Positions 48,257 to 60,695 of a stretch of 64,000 bases of DNA are shown here, piece after piece. Under the pieces are notes generated by a model. It did not search any database and was not told the origin of the DNA. It was given only the letters and a program-made list of their open reading frames with translations. Position numbers and translations under genes: made by a program. The stretch is from Felis catus (lineage: Eukaryota). The DNA lies in assembly GCF_018350175.1 (NCBI RefSeq), contig NC_058383.1:27530001-27594000 (forward strand). Direction: 5' to 3'. Positions within the stretch are counted from its first letter, which is position 1, and each line of letters opens with the position of its first letter.

Positions 48257-48944
48257 TCTGCACGGACTCGTTTTCCCTCCGACCATGTGACAGTCGCTGT
48301 CCCCCAGACAGTGGAAATGGCTGCTTTGAGTGGAGAAGAGGTACATGCATGTGGGCTTCCCTTCATGATGTGAGGGAAGGAAGCCTGATTTCTGGTTGAA
48401 AGTTCTCCATCTCAGCTGCATCTAGCAACGGTTACTTGGGCAGTGACCCATTTCTCTCTCCAGCCACCTAAGCTCCAGTCCCAGCTTTCTATAGAAAACT
48501 GCCTTCACTGAGAACCCGTCAGTGAGTGCTGCAGCCAGCCCCTCTTGAAAGAGGAATGTGTGTAACTGTTCCGTTGTCTCTGTTACCCAGAGACCATTGC
48601 TTCTCCCAGACTGCTGTCTCTGACTTTGATTTTTCTCCAGAGTTCTATTGTGAGAACTCAGTTTACAATCATGTCCTTTTATCTACTTGGGGTTATAGTT
48701 GCCTAAAGGCTGTTAAGGAATCACCATTAATCTGATGCCATATATTTTATCTCTTCCACACTTTTCTCAACATTTTTGCCCTGCTGATTGCAACATTCCC
48801 CATTTTCTCACACTGCCACTGACTTATTCTTGCTCTTATATTTCTTCTGTCAAGATGTGCTCAATCAGCCATCTTGAACTGAAAGTAGTAGCCTGATTTC
48901 TTATGCCTTTTGTGTCTACAGAATAAGTTTCATAAGTAATCATA

Positions 48945-49110
48945 GAGTGTCAGGGCTAGAAAGGAAATTTGAGATCCATTCCAATCCATTCATTTTACAG
49001 AAGAACAGAGGGAGACTCATATAAGTCTCTACAAGCCTTGTCCAAGCCTCTACAGCATTGATGGTAGCAGAGCTGGGACAAAGAAGGAAGTCATTCGCCC
49101 CGTATACTGG
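48945..49110 (-). mobile_element. MIR/MIR3 SINE
   Basis: tcatagagtgtcagggctagaaagg..cattttacagaaga..gcagagctgggac. Confidence 0.65.
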
Positions 49111-50149
49111 TCTCGGCCCATTGACTTCGGCTCCAAGAGCCCTGAGAAATTACAAGAGGGAGTCAGCGTCTCCACCTGTACCCCGGGCTCAGCGTGGTAG
49201 GTACCTTGTTAATCAGCTTTTTTCTAAGCTTCTCCAAATACAAAGCAATGGAGGACTCAGGCTTCTAAAAGAAATTTTAAACAGAACTGAAGGAATTTAA
49301 GAGCATCTTCCTCTTAACCTACAAATTCATTTATTTGCTCAGAACTGCCGGTTCCCTAAGCACAGTGAAAATTCAAGGTTATACTTCAAAACTATAAGAA
49401 GAAAGGGGCTTGGAAAATGCAAACAGACCTTGCTTTGAAATGATCATGACATTGCCAGGCTGGGATGGGGGTAGATGTGAGAAACAATCTTCTCCTCCCC
49501 CCACAAAAAATTCTGGGGTGGGAGCTCGCTGTCCATCTTAGTGAAATGCTTCACCTCCAGCATCTGCCTACTTGCACTGGTCTGCAATCTGTTTCCAGTG
49601 AAGCAAAGTAATTAATTGTTTTAAAATGCTTTTTGAGACTTTGGAAAACTGACCTAAGTTTAATGGTTCATAAACCTCATTTGTGCTTCTATTAGAGAAT
49701 TTAAAATGTGAGCTGATCTGCTTCTGGACTAGAGAGGAGGACAGGACCTCAGAGCTGTGCTGTGAGACCTGCCAGCAACCATCAGAGCTGCAGAGTCAAC
49801 TCTCTTTTGACACAGTGAAGAAGGGAGAGAGCAGTGCAGATTCCCTGGCATCTCCCCTTAGAGGGTTTGATTTAACGATGACATATTAAAGGATGATGTC
49901 GCGCTCAAGTTGGGCTGAGATAGTACACTCTCTCTGTCCTACAGGCTTCATCTCCTAGCTTCATACACCCTAGAATGGAGACTGGAACCAGTTTCCTGTC
50001 CTAGCTGGGCTCCTGTTCCTGTATACTTCTAGACAAAACACCTTAATCCCTATACGTGGTCTCATACACTGTGATTTTTCTAGGGACGCCAAGAAAGGCT
50101 ATCTACTACTATGAGCAATTCATTCACGGGGATCACAGAGGCTTAGTTT

Positions 50150-50412
50150 GGGGATCACAAACTCAAGTGCATCCAGACACCAGACAGGTAACATAAGTCA
50201 AGGAAAAGGGTGAAAGATGAAAGAACTGGAGGAGGCACATCCTGTGTAAAAGGCGGCGGGGCTGCTTTTCAGTTCCAGCGGGCTGCTGCCATTCAGAAAT
50301 GTGTGCTCAATCATCCCAGAGGAATCAGAAATCTAGATAGTAAGTCTGCCTTTCACTCTGTAAGAAACCACCACCTCTGGCTACCAGGCACTCTCTGGGT
50401 CTGCAACATCTA
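50150..50412. mobile_element. MER102-like hAT element
   Basis: caaactcaagtgc..ccagacaggtaacata..gaactggag..tcagttccagc..gctgccat..cagaaatctagat. Confidence 0.65.
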
Positions 50413-50654
50413 AACAGATGCAGCCGATAGGAAGTTCCAGCTCTCTGGTACACCCCCGTCACGGCTACCAGAGAGCCCTTTGTGTTACCCGCATTCCTAG
50501 GGGAGTTAAAAAGGTAGTCACTTCAAGAAAGGGGGTGTCTGCCAGAAGGTGTGTGTTCCCAGGGTATTCCCTAGGGTAGAGGTCCTAAGGAAGTCATAAA
50601 GATTAAACTTCAGAAGCGTACACCCTCTAATCAATTGTAATATAACCACAGCAA

Positions 50655-50860
50655 TTATAATAAATAGCTTTGATCCACAGAGGGCCTACTACGTTAAGTG
50701 ATTTATACACATCATCTTATTTCATTTACACAACAAACTCAAGAGGTATTATAATTATCTTCTTTCTGTAGCTGAGAAAGCAGACTCAGAGAGGTTAAGT
50801 AATTTTCGCTAGATCTCACAGGTGGTAACTTCTAAATATTCTCAGGAAACGAGCTCCCAA
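50655..50860 (-). mobile_element. MIR SINE
   Basis: gactcagagaggttaagtaa..tcacag. Confidence 0.75.
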
Positions 50861-51289
50861 GGTCTACGTGTTATTCTGTGCCTCCCTTGAGGACACAGAG
50901 TGGGAAGTTCAACATAATGCTGAAGTGATTTCCTCTCCCAATTTCCAATGATTCCCAGAGTAGGTTTAAAAGTATGAAAACAGATGGTTTTAGGGTGGTG
51001 ATAGTATATAAATTTCCCTAAACTTTCAAATGTATACCTGAAATATACAAAAACAAATTAAGGTGATCAGAAGAATCAGCATGCTCTAAAAAAAAAAAAA
51101 AGACCCTTTAGCTTTCAAGATATTTATCATTATGGGTACTCTGGGACCATATGGAGAGTATTAATTTGGTAAGGTTGGTAGAATAAGGAAGGCAAGATCA
51201 CAAAAAGCTTTGAAAAAGCAATGAACAGGCACTGAGAGCAGGGATCATGGTCATGGGCAATAGACTACCCATGTTGGCTATTGAGAGTT

Positions 51290-51622
51290 TTGAAAACAGC
51301 TTTATTTAGATATAATTCACATGCCATACAATGCACACATTCAAAGTAAACAATTCAGTAGTTTTTAGTATTTTCACAGACACATGCCACCATCACCACA
51401 GTCCATTTCAGACCATTTTCATCATCTCCACAAGAAGCCCTGTAACTCTCCAGCTATCACACTCCTGTTTCCCCCTCCTCGCACAGCCCTAAGCAACCAC
51501 TAATCCACTGCCTGTCTAAACAAATTTTTCTATTCTGAGTTTTCATATGAATGAAATCATATAATATGCACTCTCTTGTTGAGTGGCTTCTCTTACTTTG
51601 CATAATGTTTTCAAGGTTCACA
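51290..51622 (-). mobile_element. Short 5'-truncated LINE-1 (L1MB-like) 3' end
   Basis: cagctttatttagatataattcacatgccatacaa..gcaaccactaatc..cataatgttttcaaggttca; residual TSD ggctattgaga / ggctgttgaga. Confidence 0.9.
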
Positions 51623-52359
51623 GGCTGTTGAGATCTGAATGGCTTTAAAACTACCTTCTCTCTCTCAATGGGTCATTTGGGTGGACTTCTTCTTCAAGTC
51701 AAGTCTTTGAGCCTTCTTTTGGCATTGTAAACCACACCAACAGCACTCCTGTCTCAAGTCCTTACCAGAAACAGTTGAATGTTATGTACTTTCCCTTTCC
51801 TGGGATCTCCAGGGAAAGCTCCAGACTGGGCTACTCCTGGGACTTCCAAGAGCACGAGCCAGACGTCCTCTGCTGATTCATTTTACAGAGTCAACATCAC
51901 CAGTCAAATGCTCATGTCTTAGCTCTTTCCTCCCACTCCTACTTTTTAAAGAATTTCGCATTTCTAGAGCTTGACTAGATTCAGGAGAAGGGCTAGATTT
52001 ATAAACAATTATGTCAGACATTACTCAAGAGGTCTCTATAGTTAGAATGAGGTCTACATGCAGAGCCCAGTACCCTGGATCTTTCTCCAAACAGCATCAA
52101 AGACATTACTGCCTGATGTATCCTCACAACCTTTTGTTCTATTTTCTGCATTATCTTGAAGAGAAGAAACCAGTGTAAAAATATAGGAAATGAGTGAGCT
52201 CTGATCAAAGCAATGGTGAAAACTGGTCATTCTCAAATGATGCCAATGAAAGATCCACAAGCGAATTGGAAATACTAGGACTTGTAAGATTCACAGAAAC
52301 TTCAGTCTAGTGGAGGAAAGATAAATATGTAATGTAAATGGAAGGGACACTTTATGTGA

Positions 52360-52530
52360 ACAGAACATGTTCTTGGACCAAACCAATCTGATTCAAATCT
52401 CAATCCCACCATTTACCAATGATGTGACATTGGACAAGTAACTAAAGCTTCTCTGAGTCCCAGTCTCCTTATCAATAAAATGAAAATAATGCTCCCTATC
52501 CTGAGGGATGTTTTGAGATTAAAGTATGCT
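52360..52530 (+). mobile_element. MIR SINE
   Basis: ttcaaatctc..tgtgacattggacaagta..ctctgagtcccagtctccttatcaataaaatg. Confidence 0.8.
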
Positions 52531-52579
52531 GGGACTAACAACAACCATAACAACCACTCCTAGTGCTAACACCACCATC

Positions 52580-52830
52580 ACCATCATTTATTGAGCATTT
52601 ATTTATATGTCAAGACACTGCTAGGCACTTAGGTTGTCAGGCACTTAACTTCAGGGGTTACCTACGGGGTTACCTCTCTAAACCCTCCGACAAGCCTGCC
52701 AAGGTATGCAAGGTATTATAACCTTCCCTTCATGGATGAAAAAACCGGCTCAGACGGGTTTAATGTTTTGCCCCATGTCACACAGCTAGTGAGTGGTGGA
52801 ATTAAGTGTCCAAAGCAGATTTGTTGGTCG
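52580..52830 (-). mobile_element. MIR SINE
   Basis: catttattgagca..gatgaaaaaaccggctcagacggg..tgccccatgtcacacagctagtgagtgg. Confidence 0.8.
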
Positions 52831-53978
52831 AAAAGATGGCATCACACCCAGCATTGTAGCTATTGGTGCTAGTAGAACGGTGAAAGTAAGAATCAAGAAC
52901 ATGAAAGGAGACATTTTTCATCCAGAAGCTAGAAACCTATCTTTTAAAAGTCACGCAAACACTGTAAAATTTAAAATAGGCAATTTCACATTTTGATGAC
53001 TGTATTTAAAACTAGGCAGTATCAAGTACATGGTTTAAATGCCAGTCTAGACATCTGGTCTACCAGCTCTGGTACATTCGCCCGTTGTCCGCCCCTCCAT
53101 CCCACAGGACAAGCTCACTTTTTAGGATGAGTTGCTATTCAACTCCTCTTGAAAGGGCCCCCGGAACAGAACCTGCCATTTACAGGTCCATCCTGTGACA
53201 TCCCAGGCAGAGAAACTCTGTCTTCTGCTTGGCAACAAACACTGGATTTTGCCCCATTTCTTGGCCTTGGGTTCTTGCAAAGTCACTCTAATTTGAATTT
53301 TTATAAATCAAATCCTATTTCAAATGCAGTGGAAGAACTTGCACTTTAAGAGAATCCTGTCTTGAATCTTCAAGAAAATGGAAGACTGCCTGTAGAAGTG
53401 AATAGCTAATTCAGAAATTATCCATTTTGTAAATTCAGAATTTGGTTCACAGCTTTCTGAAAACAACCTTTAAACTTTGAAACCAATTTGAAATTCAAGT
53501 TTGTAGCTGGGTCTTGTGGGCACTCCTTATCACCTTTGCTGATAAGCATTTAAATATATTCATTAACAAAAATAATTGTTGTCACAGTTAACTACATTAG
53601 CACCTTTTAATTGAATTAGAAATTAGATGGGGGTCATGAATATTTCACTAGGGCTCACTGCTAGCCTTCCCAATTACCATCTTAAAAAAAACAAAATGCC
53701 CTCACACAGCCATAAACAGGTGGATTTGCAGCGTTCATGTTCTTGGCCTCTCTCATAGTTTTGCCACAAAAGTCACCCCATTGTCAAAAACGAGTCAAAA
53801 AAAGAATTTTTAACTTTCATGCTGCTCTTCTACACTTCCAGGAGTGATGCAAAGAGTTTTCTGTCCTGAGGAAACTTTCAATAAACATTTATTCAACACA
53901 AATTGAAAACTATCAATCCCACTGCATGCTGAAGAGATAATGCACTTGAAGCAGAGTAGGGGCTTAAGATGTACAGTT

Positions 53979-54107
53979 CAAGTTTCTGAACCATGGTGCA
54001 GCTGTCACTTGGGGTCGGAAAATTCTGTGTTGTGGGCAGCTGTCTTGTCGGTGTTGGATGCTTACAATCCTTGGTCTCTACCCACTAGATGCTAGTAGCA
54101 TGCGCAT

Positions 54108-54151
<44 letters not shown>

Positions 54152-54251
54152 TCACTCCAGTTATGACAGTGAAAACTGTCTCCATATAATATTTGGATAT
54201 TCAGGAAATATCCCCTCTGGGAGGGAGTCTTCCGCCCGGTAGGAACCACTG
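53979..54251 (-). mobile_element. MER20 containing an internal (CA)19 microsatellite (54109-54146)
   Basis: ttgtgggcagctgtc..ctctacccactagatgctagtagca..ccagttatgaca..ggaaccactg. Confidence 0.88.
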
Positions 54252-54739
54252 ATAGAATGACAGGGGTTCAATTACCAGCCTTTCCACTCATGCTGGACGG
54301 TTCCCTAGACCTCTGTTTTGTATATGTGAAACAAAAGCAATCACACCTCTTCCACTGGGTTGCTGGAACACGGACCGACATCAAGTGATAAAAGGCACAG
54401 CTGACAGAGCGCTCCTTCACTGTTGGCTGACGTAGCAGTAGGAAGCATACTGGTGGCAACAGCAGCACTAGCAGAATTTGTCTCAAGCTGTGAGTGATGG
54501 GGCCAGAGGACTAGCTGCCCCCATTCTACTTGTTCTCCACTCACAGAAATGTCATGGGATTAGACAGACCCAGTCAGTCTTCTTGCCTGAAGAAAGCACC
54601 CAGGTGCTACCTTCAAAGGCTGTGCTGGTCCCTCTTCCCTGGACCTCGAAGCCAGTCTAACCTACTCACATACCACGTGTCCAGTGTGTGGTCAAGGCAA
54701 GCCTCAGATCTTTCCACAATGGACGTTTGAAATAGCACG

Positions 54740-54960
54740 TAGAGATTCAAAAAAAAAAGTGGGGTTTGGAGTCAGGCAGATCTGAATTTCAAACCTGACT
54801 TCTGATTCTGGGAGGTCTCAGGCAAGTTTCTTAATCTCCCTGAGCCTCAAATGGAGTCACTGAGAATTATCCCATACTCTGGTTATAAGAAGTAAGTGCA
54901 ATAATGCCCCTAGGGCCATGTTGGGCACAGAGTAGATATCCTAGAATTATACTGATTATA
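54740..54960 (+). mobile_element. MIR SINE
   Basis: tttggagtcaggcagatctgaatttc..ggcaagtttcttaatctccctgagcctca. Confidence 0.8.
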
Positions 54961-54995
54961 ATTTTTATGATGATGAATATGATGATATTCTACCC

Positions 54996-55201
54996 CATGT
55001 TTTCTCAAACTTGACACTACTGACATTTGGGAATGAATAATTATCTGTTTGGGGGGCTGCCCTGTGCTTTGTAGGATGTTAGCAGCATTTCTGGCTAATG
55101 AGGTGTTAGTAGCACCTGTCACCAGCTGTAACCACCAAAAATGTCTCCAAACATTGCCAATGTCCCCTGGGGGCAAAGCTGCTCCCAGTTGAGAACTAGT
55201 G
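54996..55201 (-). mobile_element. MER20 hAT MITE
   Basis: tttctcaaacttgacactactgacattt..aaccaccaaaatgtctccaaacattgccaatgtcccctgggggcaaa..gttgagaac; flanks ttctaccc/ctctacag. Confidence 0.92.
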
Positions 55202-55454
55202 CTCTACAGGAAATGGATTCCCCTCCTGAGCCTGCTTGGTCATTCTGTTCTTGGTTACTGTCACCTCTTTTGGGAAGATGCCCTGCCTTCCTCATGTCTA
55301 ATTAGCCACTCCTTCCACTGTCACATAATTGTTTGCTCATCTGTCTGGTCTGCTAGACTGACAGCCCCTCAAGGGCTGGATTCACTTATATCTTTATCTG
55401 GAGTCGGCACAGAGTGGAGGGTAGTAGACAGGGCAGACAGGGAAGAAAGTCAAC

Positions 55455-55690
55455 CACTATTTATTGAGCACCTACTGTATACCACAACTGCTAAACTGCT
55501 TGCACGCATGATTTCTTTCAATCTTCTCAATAGGACTATAAGGAACAGATCATTATGTCCATTCTGCCAATGAAGAAACTAAGGCTTAGAGAGAAGGAAC
55601 TCATTTAGAGATACACAGCAAGAATGTAAAAGGACTTGGGGTTTGAACCCAGGTCTGCATGGCCCCCAAACCTCTCCTCTCTACCAAGCA
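55455..55690 (-). mobile_element. MIR SINE
   Basis: tttattgagcacctact..atgaagaaactaaggcttagagag..gggtttgaacccaggtctg. Confidence 0.85.
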
Positions 55691-56599
55691 TCCCCCAAGA
55701 GCAGGAAACGAGGCACCTTCTCCCCAACCTGCGCTGTAGGCTCAATCTTCCCCTCTCCCCCAAGCTGGAAAGGAGGGCATTCTTGAATGAATTCCTCACC
55801 CCAAGATGAGATCAGAAAATTGGGGTGGTGTGCCAAAGGCCAGGAAGTGAGTAGAAATGGCTGACCTGCTCGAAGAAACAATCCATTCTGGATCCAAAGA
55901 TGAGGCACCGAGCATTTTTCACTCTCGTTGAAAAGGTCAAGTTAGAGGCAGTGGGACCCAAAGTGAGACCTTTTAGCAATTTCAGAAAGTTCAGTCTGCA
56001 GCTTGGGGGCAAAGCTGAAGCCAATTCCCACATCATCCCAGTCCTCTTCTCTACCTCCAGCTTCCGATACCAGCTGGTGCCAGGCTTAACTCATCGGGCA
56101 GTAGCCTGCGTGGGGCACAGGTCCAGGGCTCCATGAAGGAGGCATCCCCCAGCCCTGGACTTCACTACTCCCCAGTTGAGCTTGTTATTTCAGAGATTCT
56201 GAGACACATTGTAAATATGCTAAGGGGGACGTGCAAAGTGGGCAGCAGGCTCCAAAAGGTTAACATCTTCCTTTTCAGATGGTTACCACAGTTGCTATGG
56301 ATATCTCCTCTGGGAGGCTTTGCAAGTTCCACATGAAGGGGCTGAAATTAATAAACTCCTTTGAACTCAGAGGAAACAAACCGGGCTGGGCTGCAAATGC
56401 TTCAGCCTGTTTATTTCTAGCTCGGACAGGGGGCTTGGGTGTACAGGTGTACATGTGCATGTGTGGAGGGCACTCAGAGTTTCAATCACACATACGCAAT
56501 TGTGTGTGTGCCTTTGTTTGGTCTGCAGACAGGAATAAGGCAGGGTCACGAAAGAGCCAGACTGTCTGCATATCCAAAAGGGCAAAGATTTATCTGCCA

Positions 56600-56860
56600 G
56601 CTTCCCCAACCAGACAGCAAGATACTTGAGGTCAAGGGCTGTTTTTATTCATCTCTGCAATCCCATTAGCACCTAGCCCCGTGCAGTGTAGATGTTCAGT
56701 GACTGTTTACTGAACAGTTTCATCTGTTCATTTAACACATACTTTTGAGTGCCTGCTACGGGCAAGGTACTGTGTTATGTGAAGAGGTTATTAACACAGT
56801 AAACAGGGTAGAGAATCCACTTCTTCAGGGAACTAGGATTGTGGGGGAGATAATGGACTG
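56600..56860. mobile_element. Two L2 3' ends, tail-to-tail
   Basis: gaggtcaagggctgt..agcacctagc..gtagatgttcagt (+) then ttcatttaaca..ttgagtgcctgctacgggcaaggtactgtg (-). Confidence 0.65.
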
Positions 56861-56914
56861 CTGGATGAATAAACTCCCAATTGGAAAGTCACATAAGTAC
56901 CCTTTCCTTTGCTT

Positions 56915-56915
<1 letters not shown>

Positions 56916-56970
<55 letters not shown>

Positions 56971-56979
56971 CGCGCGCGC
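56916..56979 (+). repeat. (GT)23(GC)9 compound microsatellite
   Basis: Direct reading. Confidence 0.99.
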
Positions 56980-57184
56980 TCATACACATAATGTGTATGT
57001 GCACACACGTGTATACAAACAATCAAAAGATGCACTGAAAAACCAAGTGTTGGTGAGGGAAGAGCCCAGGGACAGAGGACAAAGAATGTGGGCTCTGGAG
57101 TCAGAGTCTGGATATTCAAGTCCTGCTTCTGTTGTTTAGTAACTACATGTATTTCGTCAGTCAGAGCATCCTGTTGCCCAGACT

Positions 57185-57560
57185 ACTCATTCAGAGAATA
57201 AATATTTTTTGCACACCTACCATGTGCGTTTCCTAGGCCATGGGGTCACAGCCTACATAAACCTCCGCTGCCAGAATTAAGTGTAACAAAAGGACAGTGA
57301 GTGTCTAAAAGTGGAGGATACATGTACACCAGGGGCATTATGGGTGTAAGAGACCCCAAGGTGGCCCAGGGAACTATGGCAGGTGTCTGAAGGAAGAGAT
57401 CATCAGACCAAGACATGAAGAGTGCATGAGAGTTGGCCAGATGAGGAGTGGAAGGAGGAGTCTGGCAGAAGAAATACTGTGTACAGAGTTCTCAAGAAGA
57501 GAGCAAGTGCACACGTTCCAAGAGCCAGAGGAAGTTGAACATGGTAGCAGCACTGAGTGG
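57185..57560 (-). mobile_element. L2 relic
   Basis: tcattcag..aaatattt..cacctaccatgtg..gaaggaagagatcat..aagacatgaag..gagttggccagatg. Confidence 0.65.
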
Positions 57561-57593
57561 GAAGGGGAGAAAAGGCTAGATGCATGAGAGCAA

Positions 57594-57595
57594 GT

Positions 57596-57635
<40 letters not shown>
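57594..57635 (+). repeat. (GT)n microsatellite, one interruption
   Basis: Direct reading. Confidence 0.97.
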
Positions 57636-57637
<2 letters not shown>

Positions 57638-57999
57638 AGGCATATGAGTGTGAGTGAGGATGGAATCCTTACAAAGAAGCTTGTCGTGGCCAGAAAGCCA
57701 CAGGTGGTAGAATAAGACATCCTATAAGAACTGTAACCACACAGCAAAATCAATATTCTACCCAAATTGCTTTTATAGATAATGTAGAAAGGTTTTAATT
57801 AAAGCACGGCCTCTAAAAAGCTTCCCAGACTTCGGTGCTCCTCTCAGGGCAGGTGCGGGACAAGTAGGGGGCCACTCGACAGAGGAGCCCTCTAGTCCCC
57901 TGTCCTCACCTGCTGGTGGCCTTCCTGCCTGCCTTTTTGGAAATTCATGAAAGAAGAGGATATGTGGGAAATGCTATTAATCAATAAATGAATGTTCCA

Positions 58000-58310
58000 T
58001 AAAACTACTCAGGCAGATTGGTAGTCAGAGAAATACAGATGAAAACCAAATGCACCTTTGTCCCAAAAGTAAAACATATATTTTTAAATCCTATTTAGTT
58101 ATGGCAGGCCTGCTGGTGACAGGAGTGTAAATTGGCACGTATTTTCTGAAGGACGACTCAACCATATGGATCTGAAACTTTAAACTAGGCGTACCTTTGG
58201 ATTCAGCACTTCCATTTCCAGGAACTTAGCCAAAGGAAATAATCACTCAAATGGGCAGGTTAAACAGAAAAAAAAAATGGCTCATTGAAGCATCATTTAT
58301 AATATGAAAT
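58000..58310 (+). mobile_element. Ancient L1 (L1ME-like) 3' fragment
   Basis: tgctggtg..agtgtaaattgg..tttctgaagg..acctttggattcagcacttccatttccaggaa. Confidence 0.65.
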
Positions 58311-58435
58311 GCCTGTTATGAAGGTGTGATGTTTCCCAAGTTCCTATAATTGGCCTCTAAAGGCTGAGAACAAAAAGGCAGTAAGCATCCCACGCTGTCA
58401 ATACGGTGACAACCACCTGCTGGACAGGTAAGAGG

Positions 58436-58613
58436 CAGTGGCGTGCTTGTAAGTGTCTAACACCGGGCTCCAGGGTCGGGGTGAGGGTGGTCTGTCTGAT
58501 GACGCCAGCTTCCATGGTGTAAACATTGCCACCGGGGCTGATGCCCAGCTACCAATGTGCCACCACCGACACGGAGCTTGGAAGCCAAGAGGAGCGAACT
58601 TCAGCAGACCCTA
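58436..58613 (-). mobile_element. MER63A-like hAT-Blackjack MITE
   Basis: cagtggcgtgcttgtaagtgtctaaca..ttccatggtgtaaaca..ccacc..agctaccaa; shares motifs with the 25897-26803 element in reverse. Confidence 0.7.
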
Positions 58614-60099
58614 GGTTAGAGAGGTGGCTTCATTGCAAGGGCAAAGATCCTTTCTAGCCACGCCCCCAGTGAAAGTATAAAAGGACAGGGAGGGACAGGA
58701 GGTCACCTTTTGGAGGGGTGCAGTGCTGGGGAAGTGAGTGTCTTCTTCCTCTCCCCTCCCCACTGCAGCCAACAGAGGGAGCCACAAGGGAGGTCATGGG
58801 AGATATTTATAAAAGGGGTGACCCTCTCCCTCCCTGCTTGCTGTCCAGGACTCTGGGCAAGGAAAGGAAGGGAATGAAATGGGATACAGTGATAGTGCAG
58901 ACTGACCAGCAGGCAGAGTGGACAGGAACCACCCTGCTCTCTCTAGTTCCAGTTTCTCAAGGTGGAAGGGGTAGGGGGAGGGGACTTTCAACAGTGCATG
59001 GGATTGAAACTGTGCTGCTGACCAAGCCAGAGTCTTAATGACGGAGGCGAGACTTTTCCTACCAGAACATGTCTGCCTGGTCTAGGTCAGAGATCCTGAG
59101 GAAGCCTGTTAGGTGACAGAAAAGGGGGAGATTTGACAAAGCGGAGTTAGTTAGAAAAAGAAAGTTCTTCCATGCATCAATGGCTGTTAGTCAAATGGGT
59201 CACACTTTTGAAATAACCTAAGTATCCATCAAACAGGAATTAAACACAATATAGCACCTCCATAATGGAACAGCACGCAGCTATTCAAAGGTCTTTATAC
59301 CTCCTTTGTGTGCGTGTGCTTCTGCTATCACTCACATAATTCAAATAACACATGACAATTACCAGTATGTGCCTATTATAGGTTTTCAAAACTTAAATCC
59401 CACATTCTCCTCCTAACTAGACAGCTGGTAACACTGTATGGTTGAGGAACTCCCTTTCCCAGCCATCTACTCTGACATGGCTGATGGTGGAGAAGCCACA
59501 ATACGTTCTTCCTGCTAGAGTTACCGGCACGGAAATGTAACTGCAATAAATTGGTGAGTGGGAATAAAAGTGATTCACAAATCATTATGAACAATATAAT
59601 TACACTTTTCTACAAGAATAAAGAAGTTTATAACTCTGTGTAAAGAAAAGCTTCTGGAAACGCACACATTAAAATACTGACAGTGGTTGTTCTGGATGGT
59701 GTATATAGCCCTGCCCTTAATCATTCCTTCAGTTCTGCCATTACTTTATGGATATTCATGAAAGTCTCACTGTAAATCAGAGACACTCTGCTAGGCACTC
59801 GTCCTTTTCAGTTTTATGGAGTAATCAGCTCTATAGATCTCTCCTTACAATTCGCATTATTCTTGTAATCAGGGCAGAGAAATAAGGAGCTTTATCTTTG
59901 TTGAAAAATGAACTACTTAGCACACAGTCCTTGGAATCTAGAGGGTACTTGGCGGTGGCCATTATTTTATCCTTCTGTGAATCCTGGGGCTTCATCTACC
60001 ATAACGTCTTGAACGGTGGTCATGACACAACGAGAGCACGTTTTCATATAGTTGTGATTACACGCCAACACCGTTGGACGACTCAACGGATTTGGTCCT

Positions 60100-60180
60100 T
60101 ACGATAACTGTGAAGTAGCAACTATCCCCATTTTACACATCGGGAAACTGAGGCAGAAGTATAGTTGCTGTGACACTAGG
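60100..60180 (-). mobile_element. MIR core
   Basis: tatccccattttacacatcgggaaactgaggcaga. Confidence 0.75.
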
Positions 60181-60504
60181 CCTCCCCCGACTACGTGTCC
60201 AACGTGGCCCATACTCAGGGCAATATTCTTCACCTCCGTCAGAGGATCTGCTCTGCTGGGAACAATGGAATCAAGTGCACGGGCGGGCACATGCACGTGC
60301 ATGCACACACACTCAGAAATGGATTGGGATGGGACTGGCCTGGGTTACAGCAGGTGACTCAGACAGTCAGAGAAAAAGGCAGTGTAATGCAGACAAATGC
60401 AAGATAATAAGTCTGGAGCCAATGAACCGAGAAAGAGGGAGAGTAGATACTAAATAAAAAGTCATGAGTCCCTCCAGCCTGGAAAGGGATTTAGAGGTTA
60501 TTGT

Positions 60505-60598
60505 AAAAAAAAAAAAAAAGAAAGAGAAAGAAAGAATGAATGAAACAACAAAAGAATGGAAGGAAGGAACGAAGGAAGGAAGGAAGGGGAAAGAAAAG

Positions 60599-60691
<93 letters not shown>

Positions 60692-60695
60692 AAAA
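60505..60695 (+). repeat. Compound polypurine repeat (A)n/(GGAA)n/(GAAA)n/(GA)n/(GAAA)n
   Basis: Direct reading; only purines from 60571 to 60695. Confidence 0.98.

Larger units (their letters stand above)
46930..48900 (-). mobile_element. Ancient L1 (L1ME/HAL1-like) antisense fragments, interrupted
   Basis: T-rich text such as tttgtctttcaacaggag..atttatatttac..tttggctttatttctgtcatct; heavily decayed. Confidence 0.45.
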
